NCBI RefSeq assembly: GCF_018977255.1
Contig: NW_024704742.1
Location: 33,916,001-33,980,000 of the forward strand
Direction: 5' to 3'
From: Callorhinchus milii
Taxonomy: Eukaryota
Length of the DNA stretch: 64,000 nucleotides
Below, piece by piece: positions 51,425-64,000 of the stretch (positions within the stretch are counted from its first letter, which is position 1; every line of letters starts with the position of its first letter). The position numbers were made by a program, and so were the translations under genes. A model generated the notes under the pieces. That model saw nothing but the letters and a program-made list of their open reading frames with translations, had not been told where the DNA came from and ran no database searches.

Positions 51425-52325
51425 GAAATGTGAAGTTATTCATCTAGGTAGTAAAAATAGAAAAGCGAATTATTTTCTAGAAGGGGAGAGACTAGATAGT
51501 GTTTGTCTTCAGAGGAATTTGGGTGTCCTTGTACACCAGTCACAAAAAGTTAGTATGCAGGTACAGTAAGCAACTAGGAAGACTAATGCCATGTTGGCGT
51601 TCGTTGCAAAAGGATTAGAGTACAAGAATAGGGAAGTAATAATAATAATAGTAATCCTTGCATTTTCACGTCTTCCAGACGTCTCAAAGCGCTTCACAGA
51701 ATAGTCTGTAAAGTGAATTGACTGTATATTTGTGGGCGAAATGCGGCAGCCAATTTCGTTTTGTTGCAGTTGTACAAGGCCTTAGTGAGACCGCACCTAG
51801 AATATTGTATGCAGTTTTGGTCTCCTTATTTAAGAAAGGATATATTCGCCTTAGAGGGGGTGCAGGTAGGTTCACTAGGTTGGTTCATGGGATGACGGGT
51901 TTGACCTATGAGGATAGGTTGAGTAAACTAGGCCTATATTCTCTAAAATATAGAAGAATTAGAGGTGATCTTATACAAACCTATAAGATTCTTGAGCGTC
52001 TTGACAGGGTAGATGCCGTGAGACTGTTTCCCCTGGTTGGAGAATCTAAAACTAGGCGTCATAGTCTCAAGATTAAAGGTCAGCCTTTTCGAACTGAGTT
52101 GAGGAAACATTTCCTCACTCAGTTGGTAGTAAATTTGTGGAATTCTCTACCCCATATTCAAGACTGAGGTTGATAGATTTCTAAAGCATAGAGGGATTAA
52201 GGGATATGGGGATAGGGCAGGCAAATGGAATTAGGTTAGAAGATCAGCCATGATCTTATTAAATGGCGGGGCAGGCTCGAGGGACCGAATGGCTTACTCC
52301 TGCTCCTATGCCTTATTGTCTTATG
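51425..52325 (+). mobile_element. CR1 LINE nested in a SINE tail and itself interrupted by a SINE fragment (51637-51757, minus)
   Basis: YEDRLSKLGLYSLKYRRIRGDLIQTYKIL...VVNLWNSLP; CR1 3' UTR. Confidence 0.92.
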
Positions 52326-54849
52326 GACATCAAAAGTGCTGTACCAAAAATGCAAGGATTATTATCAAAAAAATGCAAGACTGTCCACTTTAGAGTTGAG
52401 ATTGCATGGAAAAAAACATATACAACATTATATGTCATGCCCCATGTTTTACTCTTACTTCAAGTGACTAGAGTAAAAATGCTGCAATATTATTGACTAA
52501 TTTTATTTTGTAATTACCAAACCAGAAACTAGATGGAATGCAGCTTGAAGTACTAGATACATATGAAGTATTGGCAGAGATTCTGAATTAGAGAGATCTA
52601 AGAACCGTTTGTACAAATCAGATCTCTAAAGATAGGGAATATGATCATAGAGTACCCTGTGCTACAGCTTAAGGGGTCATGCAGTGCTGTGCTTAGTTTG
52701 TTCTGTGATATTATAGATTTACCACTTGCCTGTAACTGGATGACTATGAATAATGTGATTATGATTGAAAACATATCTTTAAAAGTTTAGAAGCTGTTTA
52801 GTGAAAGTTCAGAAACACATTAACATTTGATGGAAAACAATTTCTAAACACTTGATCCATTTCTATGGTAAGTAGTTTTTTTTACTATAAAGACAACAGT
52901 TACATCATAAATCAAAGATTCAGATTGTGCCATAAATGCTCTCCAAACAGAAATCCATTTTCAGGCCGTTTGAATTAGCGCCATCACTTAGGAAAGTTCT
53001 GCAAAAGGACACAATGGATGAATGTGTCTCACTGGATGAAATCAGAAGATCCATCTTTCAAAGGATTTGCAGAGACATTATTGCTAATGTTATTCTTCTT
53101 ACCACCAATAGCTGCTCAGAGTTCTGGAACTTTACAGAAAATCTGCTTATCCCTGGTCACCAGGTTTTAATTGTATGTAAACAGATTCACTTTCCATTAC
53201 AAAAATTCCATTTGGGCACACAGAGTGCATATTGGGGAGTTTTATATGACAAGAGAGATTGCAAAATGTTCTCTTATTGTTGCATCAGTGGCCAAGCAAT
53301 CAAGCAGTTCAAGAATTAAAGCAGACTGAATTTAAACAGTCTGGATTGAATCTGAAACTGAATGATGAAGAAACTACAGTGAGTGTTTACTGGCTAAAAG
53401 AAGGATAGTTGCAGTGACCTGACAGATTGAAGAGGAAACACCCTTTTCGTGACCTGAAGGAGGCTGAAGTTTAATAGGTTTGAAATACAACTTCCCCATT
53501 TAACAAAATACTTGACACTGGTCCAGTAAAGCTCCCTGCTGGTTATCATTTATTTAATCAATCAGCAAAGGTGCTGAAGTGAGTTACAACCCCACAGGGA
53601 ATGGCTTCCATTTCTCACAAGTCTAACTATTGAGGGCATCAATGAAAAAAGCACGGAAATAGTGGGGGAGGAATATGATGGTGTGTTTCATGCTGGGCAG
53701 ATCAAATTTGGAAATATTTCAACGTGAGCCTTTTAACAATGATGGGCTTTTTTTCATGGTGTAACCAGGTGTCTGACACATGCGAAAATCCATCACAATG
53801 TTCAAGACTGCAATGATGGCCTGTAGAATACAATTTTTACATTGGATTCACCACATTAGGAATCTGACTGGTAGTCAATGTTCAGGCATTGCTGGTAGCA
53901 ATCATTAGTGATCAGCCCTTAGGATTGTTACCCAGTTATTATATTTCAAATCACCTCTCAACCTCCTTTGAGTAATATAATCCTAATCTACTGAGGGCTC
54001 ATCATAACTAAGCACCTTTAACCAGGGATTAATCCCGTGAAATGTCACTGGACACCCTCTAGCCTCTACCCTCAAGTCTTTTTCTTTTCTAGACTTGTTT
54101 TTTCTCAAATAAGGAAAGAGCAAATGTACTGGAAACAAAATATAATGGCCAGCAGTATTGCCCAAGCTATTAGTTGGTGTAAACTATATGAATTTGTATG
54201 CATTTAGTTATATCAGATTGAGTTTGGCCAGAACTTCAGAACTGGACAGTGCAAATTACAACTGACTGATCGCTTCTTGAAGATTTTGTTATGATTATGT
54301 CGGACAATCAAAGTCATCCTAACGTAATTTGTAGTAGGGTTTGTTGCTTAAGGAAATTATTTGGTGATTAGTGCTTTAAGTGTGAACAATGTGCTATATT
54401 GGTTGAACCTTGAGTACTGAAAGAATTTTCCTGCTGTTTGCTCAGTAAAGATAAAGGACTTGAAGGACTATGGAGATTGAATGGCGAGCCGGTGCTTGTT
54501 CTGAAGCTGGTGCAGACTCAATAGGACGAATGGCCTTCTGCGCTGTATATTTCTATGATTCTTTGTTTTATTGTGATAGTGTCAGGCGGACAGGGTACTG
54601 AACCACTAACCAACATAAGGATTTATTACACTGTGCACACCTTGCCAAGGAATCATTATCTAGGGTAGGGTAAGCTAGTCAAATGAGTAGACAAAGCGTT
54701 ACCTAACCGACAGAAAGTCTGTTCCCACAGTATTTCACCCAACTCAGGAATGGAAAATGTTATAAATTAATTTAGTTACAATGACTTGCATTTATATAGT
54801 CCCTTCATGCAGGTAATGTCTCAGAGTGTTTATAGTGCTGTGGGTTAAT

Positions 54850-55170
54850 TAATCCTTACATTTGATATAGAATCTTATCACTTCACAGGTTTTACTAAGA
54901 AGTACGACTGGGTTTGCATTATCCCACAAACAGCCATGAAGTGACTAACCAATTTTTTTTATCTGGGAGATAATTGGTCAAATCACTGGGAGAAACTCTC
55001 TTCTCTTTTCCAATAATGCCATGTATCCATAATGTCCACCTAAAAAAGTAGACAGGGCCTCGGTTTAATGTCTCATCTGAAGGATGGCATCTGAAACATA
55101 TTCCCTCACCACTGTATTGGAATATCTGCATGGACTGGAAGCTCAAATTCCTGACATGAAGTTGAACCAA
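54850..55170 (-). mobile_element. DeuSINE
   Basis: AGACAGGGCCTCGGTTTAATGTCTCATC Deu-like motif. Confidence 0.85.
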
Positions 55171-56909
55171 CAACTTATAAGGAATACTGCAAATTTTACA
55201 CCAGAGAATTTTCAGTGCAGAAGGTCAAGTGGCCCAACATACATCTGCTATGCTCACTCCCTTATTTGAATTATCTAATTAGATCCTATTTCTCTGTACA
55301 CTTTTATATTTTCATTCTTCAAATGTTCATTAAATTTCCTTTAAACTGTTGGGTTTGATATGAATTCAATAGTATTTATGGTAATGGATTCCACATCACA
55401 AGATCACAAGAAGGATTATAATGCAGTAAAGGGTGGGAGGGGTGGCTATAAAATCCCAACCAGAACTATAATGGAGCACCACCGCTGGTCAGCATTGTTC
55501 CATTCATTGCAAGCTTGTAGAAAGACAGCTGCTCCATTGGTATGCAAGAAGCCAAAAAGTGCAAGCATGAAGTTGGCAGCCAGCATTTGAAGCACTAATG
55601 AAGCCAACTCACTCAGTTTGAATTTTTGGGGTAAATTAATATCGGGAACCACAACCCAACATTAAAAGAGTCATGTTGTAATATAAATCTCTACTTACAG
55701 GTCACAATCTTTCATGGTGTTTCTTGGCCCAGGTTTGAGAAAGACAATAAAATGTTGCAAGTGGGGTCTCTTCTAAATGCAGTTTCCTACTGCGCTAAGG
55801 TGAGGTTAGGTTGAAATAAATCTAAAATCATTTATCATAGCCATTTCTGTGGGCATTGGGCCTAATATGTGACATTTGCAAAGCACATTTGCTAACTCTA
55901 ACTGTTTCTTCCTGTTCATAAACATTGGAAGCCATTTACTGAAAGCTGCCAAAGTCTTAAAATAAAAGCAGCAAACAAAATCAAGAAAAACAATATCGAT
56001 ATTTAATTGGAACCAAATGCTATCTATATTTAAAAATATACGGTTTCCAGGAACATCCTTACTAAAAAGAGCTGTAAAATATTCCAAAAAAGATAATAGT
56101 CCTTTTAATAAAGTACATAAATCACCAAAAGCAGAGAACCAAACTTCTGTCAGCATGATTCCGCACTCAGTAATGCAGGGATCTTGTGATTTATTTGGAC
56201 CATTAACAGTAAACTGGAAACTGTTGCAGTTCATTTATTTTCCTGAGGCCTTTGAAAAAATATCCTATTTAAGAGTAAACATTACTATCTGTAGTTCGAG
56301 TATCAGGGTGCTGTGAGGGGGAGAGCTGAACCATCAGACGCAATAGATGTTAACTCTGAGAAAGTCCATCATTACTGCTCCTGCAATCCTAGGAAACAAC
56401 ACCCACTTGGAATTATCAGGCTCAAAAGATTCTTTACCTAATGTAAGGCAGGGTTGTAATTAATACTGACAGGGGGAATGGAAAATTTGTTAACCTCCTT
56501 CTTTTGGACTTTGCAGACTTCATCTTTGGAGAAGGTGCAAGTTTCCAGTTGTGTCAGATAAAGTATGTCCTCATCAAATTAATAGATACTCTGTGAGGGT
56601 GGCTGCTTAGGATCAGATCAAATCCCACTTAAGATAAAAACATATCTGTGGGCACCACCATATTTATTGTCTGCACTGTAAAATCTCATGGTTAGGATCA
56701 TCTGTAGGATCCCATTGAAGCATGGCTAATGTTTAGTTTTACGGAGGTGCTGTAGATGTTTTGCCATCAATGTCATTTCATCCTGTTATTTTATACAGTA
56801 GTCAGCACAAGGTCTTTAATTGTTAATAGTTACATTTTGACTATGTCCTATGGTGAAACATTAATTGACATATTAATTGACATTTATTGATTCTGTATTA
56901 ACTTAATAA

Positions 56910-57210
56910 CAGTAATAATGCTTGTGTTTGCCATGGTGTCTAAACCTTAAAGCGCTTCACAGATTTTTCTACAAAGTGTATTTAAATTAAGGCAATTTGC
57001 ACACAAACAATAATAAAGTAAATCACCAATTTCATCTGGAAGACTGTTGACTTGGATACCTGGAGAAATTCTCTTCTATTATCGAAGAGAGTCAAGGGAT
57101 CTTCAATGTTCATTTAAATGGGCAAACCTCAGTTTCATATCTCATCCAAAGAAAATAACTTTTGCCAATGCAACACTCCCCAAGCACTGTTTTGGAGTGT
57201 CAGCCTAGAC
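56910..57210 (-). mobile_element. Old DeuSINE
   Basis: GGAGTGTCAGCCTAGA motif and tail. Confidence 0.75.
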
Positions 57211-57235
57211 GTTAACCACATTAAAGATCTGGTTT

Positions 57236-57372
57236 CAGTTCTAACGAAAGGTCATAGACCTGAATGTTAACTCATTTTCCTCTCCCATGGATGCTGCCTG
57301 ACCTGCTGCATGTTCCCAGCGACTTCTGTGTTTATACCAGATTTCTATCATCTGCAGTACCTTGCCTTTTGT
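57236..57372 (+). mobile_element. Solo Penelope 3'/pLTR-derived short element with degenerate hammerhead core
   Basis: Aligns by eye to 26008-26140; CTAACGA-AAGGTC-ATA-GACCT-GAA-TGTT. Confidence 0.8.
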
Positions 57373-57877
57373 TTAAAAATCTGGGCAATCATCCCATGAA
57401 TAATTTGACTTATCTTGCAAAGGGGATAAGGCATCATTATTATATAACTGTTTATGTATTTCTGATGATTCACATACATTTGTATAAGCCATTTCTTACT
57501 TTGTACATAACAAGATTGTAGGGTGGTTTAATGAGTGATGGTGCCATTATGGTAGCATATGAAATGGCTGATCACTGGTACTCTAGAGGAGGGGAAATTG
57601 CATCCATTTTTCAGAAGATGTACATTTAGACTCTGCGTATATGTGCATGTATATGTGCGGATTTCTTGGTGACAAGGTGGGGGACCAGGGTTGCATTTGT
57701 ATTCCATCATAGTGTTGTGCAGGAATGCCTTGTCGTTGGGAGTCCAGCAGTGAGGCAGTTTCTGCTCTTCATTGCCTTGTAATTTAGAACTTCTGTAGTA
57801 TTCTTACTCTAATCATATTTCATCAGAGCAAATAGTTTTTGCTTGTGGTCTCTTGGACTGTTCCCAATTTAACATCT

Positions 57878-58190
57878 GGGAGTGGTGTTGTTCTTCAGAT
57901 AAGACATTAACCTTGATTCCATCTGCCTGTTCAGCTGGATGTTAAAGGTCCCATGGCACTATTCAAAAAGAGAAAGGAGTATCTCCTAGTGTCCTCAACA
58001 ATTCCCAGATACAAAAATTGGCCATTCACTTCATGGCCATTTGTGGGACATTGTTATGTACAAATTGGCTGCTTCAATCACCCACAGACAAACAGTCTCT
58101 ACAATTTACAGTACATTCTGTGAAACCCTTTGAGATGTTTCAATGATTTGGCGCTATAGGCGCTATATTGAATGCAAGGATTATTATTAT
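57878..58190 (+). mobile_element. DeuSINE
   Basis: Deu body and tail. Confidence 0.85.
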
Positions 58191-60080
58191 CAGTCTTTTT
58201 GACTCCAGAACATGCTAAACTTGGCTATAGGATTCTTCTACAGAACTGTGCTGTTTACCTCTTGTAAAACACAGCTGGCTGTCTCTTTCTCAGTTTTCTC
58301 AGTTACTCTGCTTGAAAATATGTGTTGTGGTAAAGAGCATACGATCTTATGCATCACACTTTGGATAAATTAATAATACTGGAAAGGTTAATTCCCAATA
58401 AAACTGTTCCCTACAAAAATGCTTTTTGTTGGAAAGGTCAAGGTGCCCTTGAGAGGAATTGTTTAGCCTCCTTCCTGCTTTTAAGTCTCTCCGTACCTCT
58501 TGTTTATTCGCTTCCAAATAGTTGGATGACTTGAGCTGCAGCTTCTCAACAGACAATGTTGATATGACTGTGATCAACCCATAAGAGGTGCACAACTATA
58601 AGGGGAATTGACCCTATTAAATATGTGTTTTCTTTGAATGGTAAGTATTCTACTCAGTCAAGGTTTGAGTTCGGAACTCACATCTCTCCAGGTGGAAATG
58701 TAACAGTAATAAACCTCTGGAACAAACTGCTCTTCAGATTTGATTTAACAATTGCAGAATGACCCGCTCTCTCGCTTTTCAGTGCCTGGTTTTACAACGT
58801 ACATGGTACAACCCAAATTTAGTTATTTGGTTGCTCTTGAAAAGCAATGAAGTTTTAGGGTCAACGCCTAATTCCCTGTGGTGAAACAAGATTCGCAATT
58901 CTCTTGTGAAGGACACTGACTGACTTTGGACAGCATTCAGGGGTTGCAACAAATTGGATCCAGAAGGTCTTCTTGTATTTCTCAGTGATAGAAACTCAGT
59001 TCTTTTTATCCTCTTTTGAATAGGCTGAGCTACTACCCTGGGTAGACGTTAGAGTAACATGGCAGTTCCTTTTTGTCTCCATTAATCCAATCACAGGAAC
59101 TGGTGTTGTAGTGAAGTGGTGGTCCGAGGGGCTCATATGAGACTCACAGCTGTGCTGTGAGCTTCAGTTGCAGGATTAGGTCTGACCCTCTGATTGCACA
59201 TTTCAATATGAATGAGCTGAAGAAGTGTGAATTCCTGATTTCCTTTACTCCAGTAAATCCCTAGACTTTCGATTCCATCACTGTTTGTTCAGTGAGGCTG
59301 GAGCAGTCACATGCCCCACACTAGCACCACCTGGCACGACTCTGTTTGTTCATATGTTCACATCAAACAAGAAGAGGGTAAGGAAGCCCCGAAGCAAAAT
59401 AAATGGGAGGCACAGCAGATGGTTCCACAGCGGCCAGCCACACAAGGAAAGTCAACTATTTTTATAGGTGCAATCTGGCATTTTACAACATTGGAAAACA
59501 AACCAATATTATAGCCGAAAACCGCAGGATACTTTTGATTCACAGTATGATTCAATGATGTTCAGGGATTTTTTAAAAAACGAATTTTAACTGATAAATA
59601 CTCTTTTTTATGAGTAAAAAAATTTGATTTAAAAGAATCCAAATTAACCTGTTTTTCAGTGTCTGGGAAAGTGCATTGTTTTCTAAGTATATGTGTACAT
59701 CCATCATGAATCCAGCCATGCACATACCTGAAGCTGTGCATGAGGTTTCTAGTGGAGCAATTTCAGCATCCCTTGTATTGCAAGCTCATAACTTTGCACT
59801 TGCACACAACGGATCAATTGCTGGAGTAATAACGTACATTTTTAATACAGTACTGCAGAGATATAGATAGAAAAAGTCACAGAAACAAATAGAATACTAG
59901 AGAATCACAGAGGGACTCAGAGAGAGAGTAGGAAATAGAGGAAGTGTCAGAGAGAAGACCTGGCAGAGTGTGGTATGATACGATCGTGATAATGTAAATC
60001 CTGTATGAACATTTTTTTAGGTAGCACTGTAGTCAGTTTGTATTTTGCCTGATGTTCAATTATCCCCATTGTCTGCTTAC

Positions 60081-60164
60081 CTGTAATCTGGTTGATCCGA
60101 ATTAATGCGGATAATCGTCTCTCAACAGCATCAACAAAGTAATTGTCTTCATTCAATAAAATAT
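60081..60164 (-). CDS. Internal coding exon (84 bp, phase 1 to 1): ILLNEDNYFVDAVERRLSALIRINQIT
   Basis: Acceptor tgttcaacag and strong donor CAG|gtaagc; single open frame; several CpGs retained in otherwise CpG-poor DNA. Confidence 0.72.
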
Positions 60165-60257
60165 CTGTTGAACATTGTATTATTAATAACTGACCTAATT
60201 TCCATGAGTTTTCATTTTTCCAAAATTATTCCTGATTTTCACCATTCTAAAATCTGT

Positions 60258-61186
60258 CCTTGAATGGTTCAGATCCTATCTCTCACACCGCCTGTACTTC
60301 ACCTCCACGAATGGAATCTCCTCTAGTCTCCGTTCCATCTCGTGCAGCGCTCCTCAGGGCTCTGTCCTTGGTCTCCTCCTTTTCAATATCTATATGCTCC
60401 CTCTTGGTGACACCATCCTCAGACATGGGGTCAATTTCCACATGTATGTGGATGACACCCAACTGTATCTCTCTGCCTCCACCCTCGACTCCAGGACCAC
60501 TGCTGTCCTGACAGAATGTCTGTCAGACATCAAGTCCTGGCTGAGAGCTAACTTTCTATAGCTGAACGTCAACAAGAGCGAGGCCCTCCTGATTGGCTCC
60601 CGTGAGCACCTCCACACCTCAGGTGTTGACACCATCATCATCCATGGAAGCACACTCCACCTTGCTAAGCCAGTCCAGAACCTTGGCATCTTGTTTGACC
60701 CTCAACTATCCTTTCAACCCCACATCCATGTCATGATTGCTCTTCCTTCCCCCACCTCCGCAACATCGCCCGGCTCTGCCACTGTCTCACACCGCAGGCC
60801 GCTGAGATCCTCATACATGCCTTCATTATATCGAGGCTCAACTATACAAATTCCCTGCTTGTCAGCCTCCCCAACTCCTCCCTCTATAGGCTGCAGCCTG
60901 TGTCCTCTCCCTCCGCTCAGCGGGCTCTGGTCTGCTTCATGTACCCCGGCTCGTCCACCCCACCATTTGCGGGTGGCCTACTGCCATTCTGCCCCCACTC
61001 TCTGGAGCTCCATCTTGTAGTCCCTCCTCTTCATCCCCTCCCTTGACTCCTGCCTTCGATCACCCTTCTACACCCCCTGCCCGCCACCCTCCCCGATCCC
61101 GACCCCCAGCTCGGGTCCGAAACATCGATTGCCCAGTGCCTTGGGACATCCTCCCGCAATACAAATGTAATTCTGTTGTTGTTGTT
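60258..61186 (+). mobile_element. L2 LINE remnant including RT core, with internal deletion
   Basis: PQGSVLGLLLFNIYMLPLG and YVDDTQLYLS RT motifs; TTG tail. Confidence 0.93.
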
Positions 61187-61589
61187 CTTATTATCAAATT
61201 CCTTCTTTCCTTATTTTCTCCCATTTTTGACATGAAAAATAGCACCCCCATCCCTGAAAATACCAATTTTTTTATTTTGTGGATAAAAAACTGACTTTAA
61301 TAGTACTTGGTGATATTTTATACAGCAGGTTTTTTTTAAAAAAAGATAATATAATAAGAATCCTTTGGGAAGACATTCAGAGCACTTCACAGGACTTACT
61401 GTCAAGTGTCTGTGCATTTTGTAGGCTTTTCAGAGTTCCCCAGCCACTGTTAATTATTGCAATTAACAGAGTGATTCATCGCTGTGTTAAACTGGAACCA
61501 CAGAATGCAGACATAGCAATAAAACCCTCTGTTATAGAATATGTTATTGAAATGTTTTTCTTAAAATGTCCTTTCACAACCCAGCGCCT

Positions 61590-61790
61590 CTTGTTCTGTT
61601 GATTTGATATATCTGAAAGTATTGTTCTGGGTTTACTTTCTCTATCCAGTTAAGCATCTTATATGCCTCCATAAGGACCACTGTGAAAGGTTTCTTTTCA
61701 AGGCAGACAAGCCCCATCTTACCCAGCCATTCCTCATAGCTCATTCCCTCTAACACTGGCAATTAGTTTTGTAACTTTCCTCTATGGATA
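61590..61790 (-). mobile_element. Degenerate CR1 fragment
   Basis: GMSYEEWLGKMGLVCLEK...MEAYKML motif. Confidence 0.75.
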
Positions 61791-64000
61791 TAACCTGTCT
61801 TATATAACTTGATATTAGCAATGACATCTTTGATTTAGCCTAAAATTAGTAAAGACACTCTATTTAGTCTGATAACAACAGTAAGCTCTCTAAGCAGTCT
61901 GAGATATTGTACCAATGATCACAAAATCACTATATTCACACCCTCTGTCATTTATTCCCTAATCTCCTCTATCATCAATAAAAAGTTGGATTCCCTCTCT
62001 GAATAATAATAATCCTTACATTTTATACAGTGTCTTTCATGTTAGGAGGACATTTGAAAACACTTCATAGAATATACTATAAAGTGCAATTCTCTCCAAA
62101 ACTAGCAGCCAAAGTGTTCAAATACCCCATACTGTCCACCTCCTCCCTTCCTCACACAAACTGTATCACATGTTCTCTGCATACAGCAATTCAATCTAAA
62201 CTGCCTATTCACCTTCCCCCCATCTTCTCAGTTTGAGGCCATGACCTCTTGACCACAATGATAAGGTATTGGAGTCTAATATCAATTTTGGATCCAGAGG
62301 ACTTGAATAAGATCAATCTTCTCTACTCCAGTATAAACCTTCGCAGCTTCTGTGATCTTTCCTTATAGCTAACTCCCATGCATTAATGACCCTTCTAAAT
62401 CTTTTTTGCCTATTAAATTTAAATTAATGCTATTTCCTCTACATTATGATCACATTTGATAATTATGGAAGGAACGTGCAAAGCCTTGCATTCCTGAACT
62501 TTAAGTTTTAAGTTTTGGGACGTGAAAGATGCTATACCATTGTAATTTTGTTGTTGTTGTTTAAGTTTTACTTAACTCTATGTCTCAGGTGTTGGTAACT
62601 TTAAATATCATGCTATACAGCGCATTATCTCAAACATTCCCACTGTTCAACAACAATAGGGATGAATAACATTTATCACAATAAGGGATTGAAGAGGTTT
62701 TTAAGAGATGTTTGAAAGCAGAAGTAGATGTTGGAGTATATGTTATGGAAGGATGAGATCAGAAGGGCCTTCTTCAATTTAACTGACCCTGTGTGGTGAG
62801 TCAACATAGTTTAGGAAAATACTTGTAAAAAATGTGTGCAGTCAAAAAAGCCTTAATTTGTTTGCAGCCAATTTCAGCTCATTGTAAGCACAGGCAAAAA
62901 TAAACTCAGAGGCTTAGTTTTAATCTACGATTTAAATTAATGTCTATGAAGGGCCAATAAGGTCACAATTGTTGCATTTCTTAAAGGAAATTCACAATAA
63001 GGGAGCTGAATTGTGGAAATGAGATGTTCTTTCCAGTAACCAGAGGTATGTCACGCTGGACATAGGAACTCCACTATGATGTCATCTATTTTCAGGGCAG
63101 AGTTCCCGCAGGTCTGTGTAGGAATTCTAATGGGCATCTTTGTTAAGGAATCCATTTAAGAAATATCACCAATTAGACCTCATCCCCTTCTACGCAGAAA
63201 AGGCCGTATCAAAATTAAAATCCGACACAACTGCCTGTTGTGGAAACAAGTCAAGACAGTGACATCAGTCACTTACCGCACTTGGCACAAATTAAATTTC
63301 TTCAAAATATTTCAGGGATTTCAATCTCTTTCACCAGGAAAAAATGAGTTAGCCAGCCAAGGACCACTCATAACCTATTCAAAACATACTCAATCCGATG
63401 AACTCTTCAGCCAGGGTTATTCAGATCCACAGAGACCGGTGGCATGAAGGTTAATTGGCAACCTGTTGAGTTATAAGATCTTGACTGGCCTACATTCATG
63501 TTTACCATACTCTGCTTTATATCAGTTACACTGGTGTCTTAATTGGCCTGTAAATAAGGTTTGTGGTTTAGTATATGTTTCTGGGATGTGTCGGTGAGTC
63601 ATTGTAAATGAATGGACAGTGTCTAGTTCCTTGTTTGCTTGCATTGCAGAACCCAAACATTGCTGCTTTGAAGTAAAGTGCTGACCTTGGTAAAAGTGTG
63701 AAAATGTAACACAAACAAAGCTCTTAGAAAATAGTTTTTATACTTTTTCTGCCCTTAACCCCCTCTTAAGGGTAGTGGCTGTTGCTGAGGAATGGTGCCT
63801 CATCCAGCTCATTTGTCATGTACAATGTCTGGGCTCGAAGTGTTGTCAAGTTATGGGAGGAATTACACATTGCGCTGTGAAAGGAATTACAACTGAGTTT
63901 TATTTGTATACATGACTTACAAAATGGGTTTATTCAAGTGCAGTAACTTCAGGCAAATTCCCTCTTCCTAGCTGAGGTCAATTGTAACACCCCACTGCCA

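Noticed and set aside
52936..53319. 127-aa plus-strand ORF
   Set aside because: No recognisable domain or convincing donor site; opposite strand to the supported exons
55806..56316. Overlapping 142-aa and 99-aa ORFs
   Set aside because: AT-rich low-information translations, likely chance
5037..60164. Glypican identity for the host gene
   Set aside because: Only a vague helical and cysteine spacing resemblance; the small phase-1 exons do not match glypican exon structure as I recall it, so no symbol is assigned

Overview
Eukaryotic, AT-rich and largely intronic DNA from a cartilaginous fish. This is inferred from the repeat content: SacSINE1/Deu-type SINEs, CR1 with (ATTCTATG)n tails, L2 and Penelope, and a tRNA-Ala SINE suggestive of a holocephalan or elephant-shark-like genome. 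There are no prokaryotic genes, CRISPR arrays or true tRNA/rRNA genes. The window appears to lie inside a long-intron, minus-strand protein-coding gene that I cannot name. Three well-supported small exons (60081-60164, 28793-28849, 5037-5139) and one moderate exon (12746-12899) are visible. Most listed ORFs are retroelement remnants or chance. The most interesting signals are: (i) a shared, covarying 3' stem-loop linking an L2 LINE to two SINE families, with loop variants, which is repeatedly hit by later insertions; (ii) a Penelope GIY-YIG remnant and solo derivatives carrying degenerate hammerhead-ribozyme cores; (iii) a ~510-bp degenerate palindrome; (iv) a 30-bp minisatellite fused to a truncated L2; (v) unclassified dispersed repeats and repeat-free enhancer-like blocks. 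Repeat boundaries were read by eye and are approximate.
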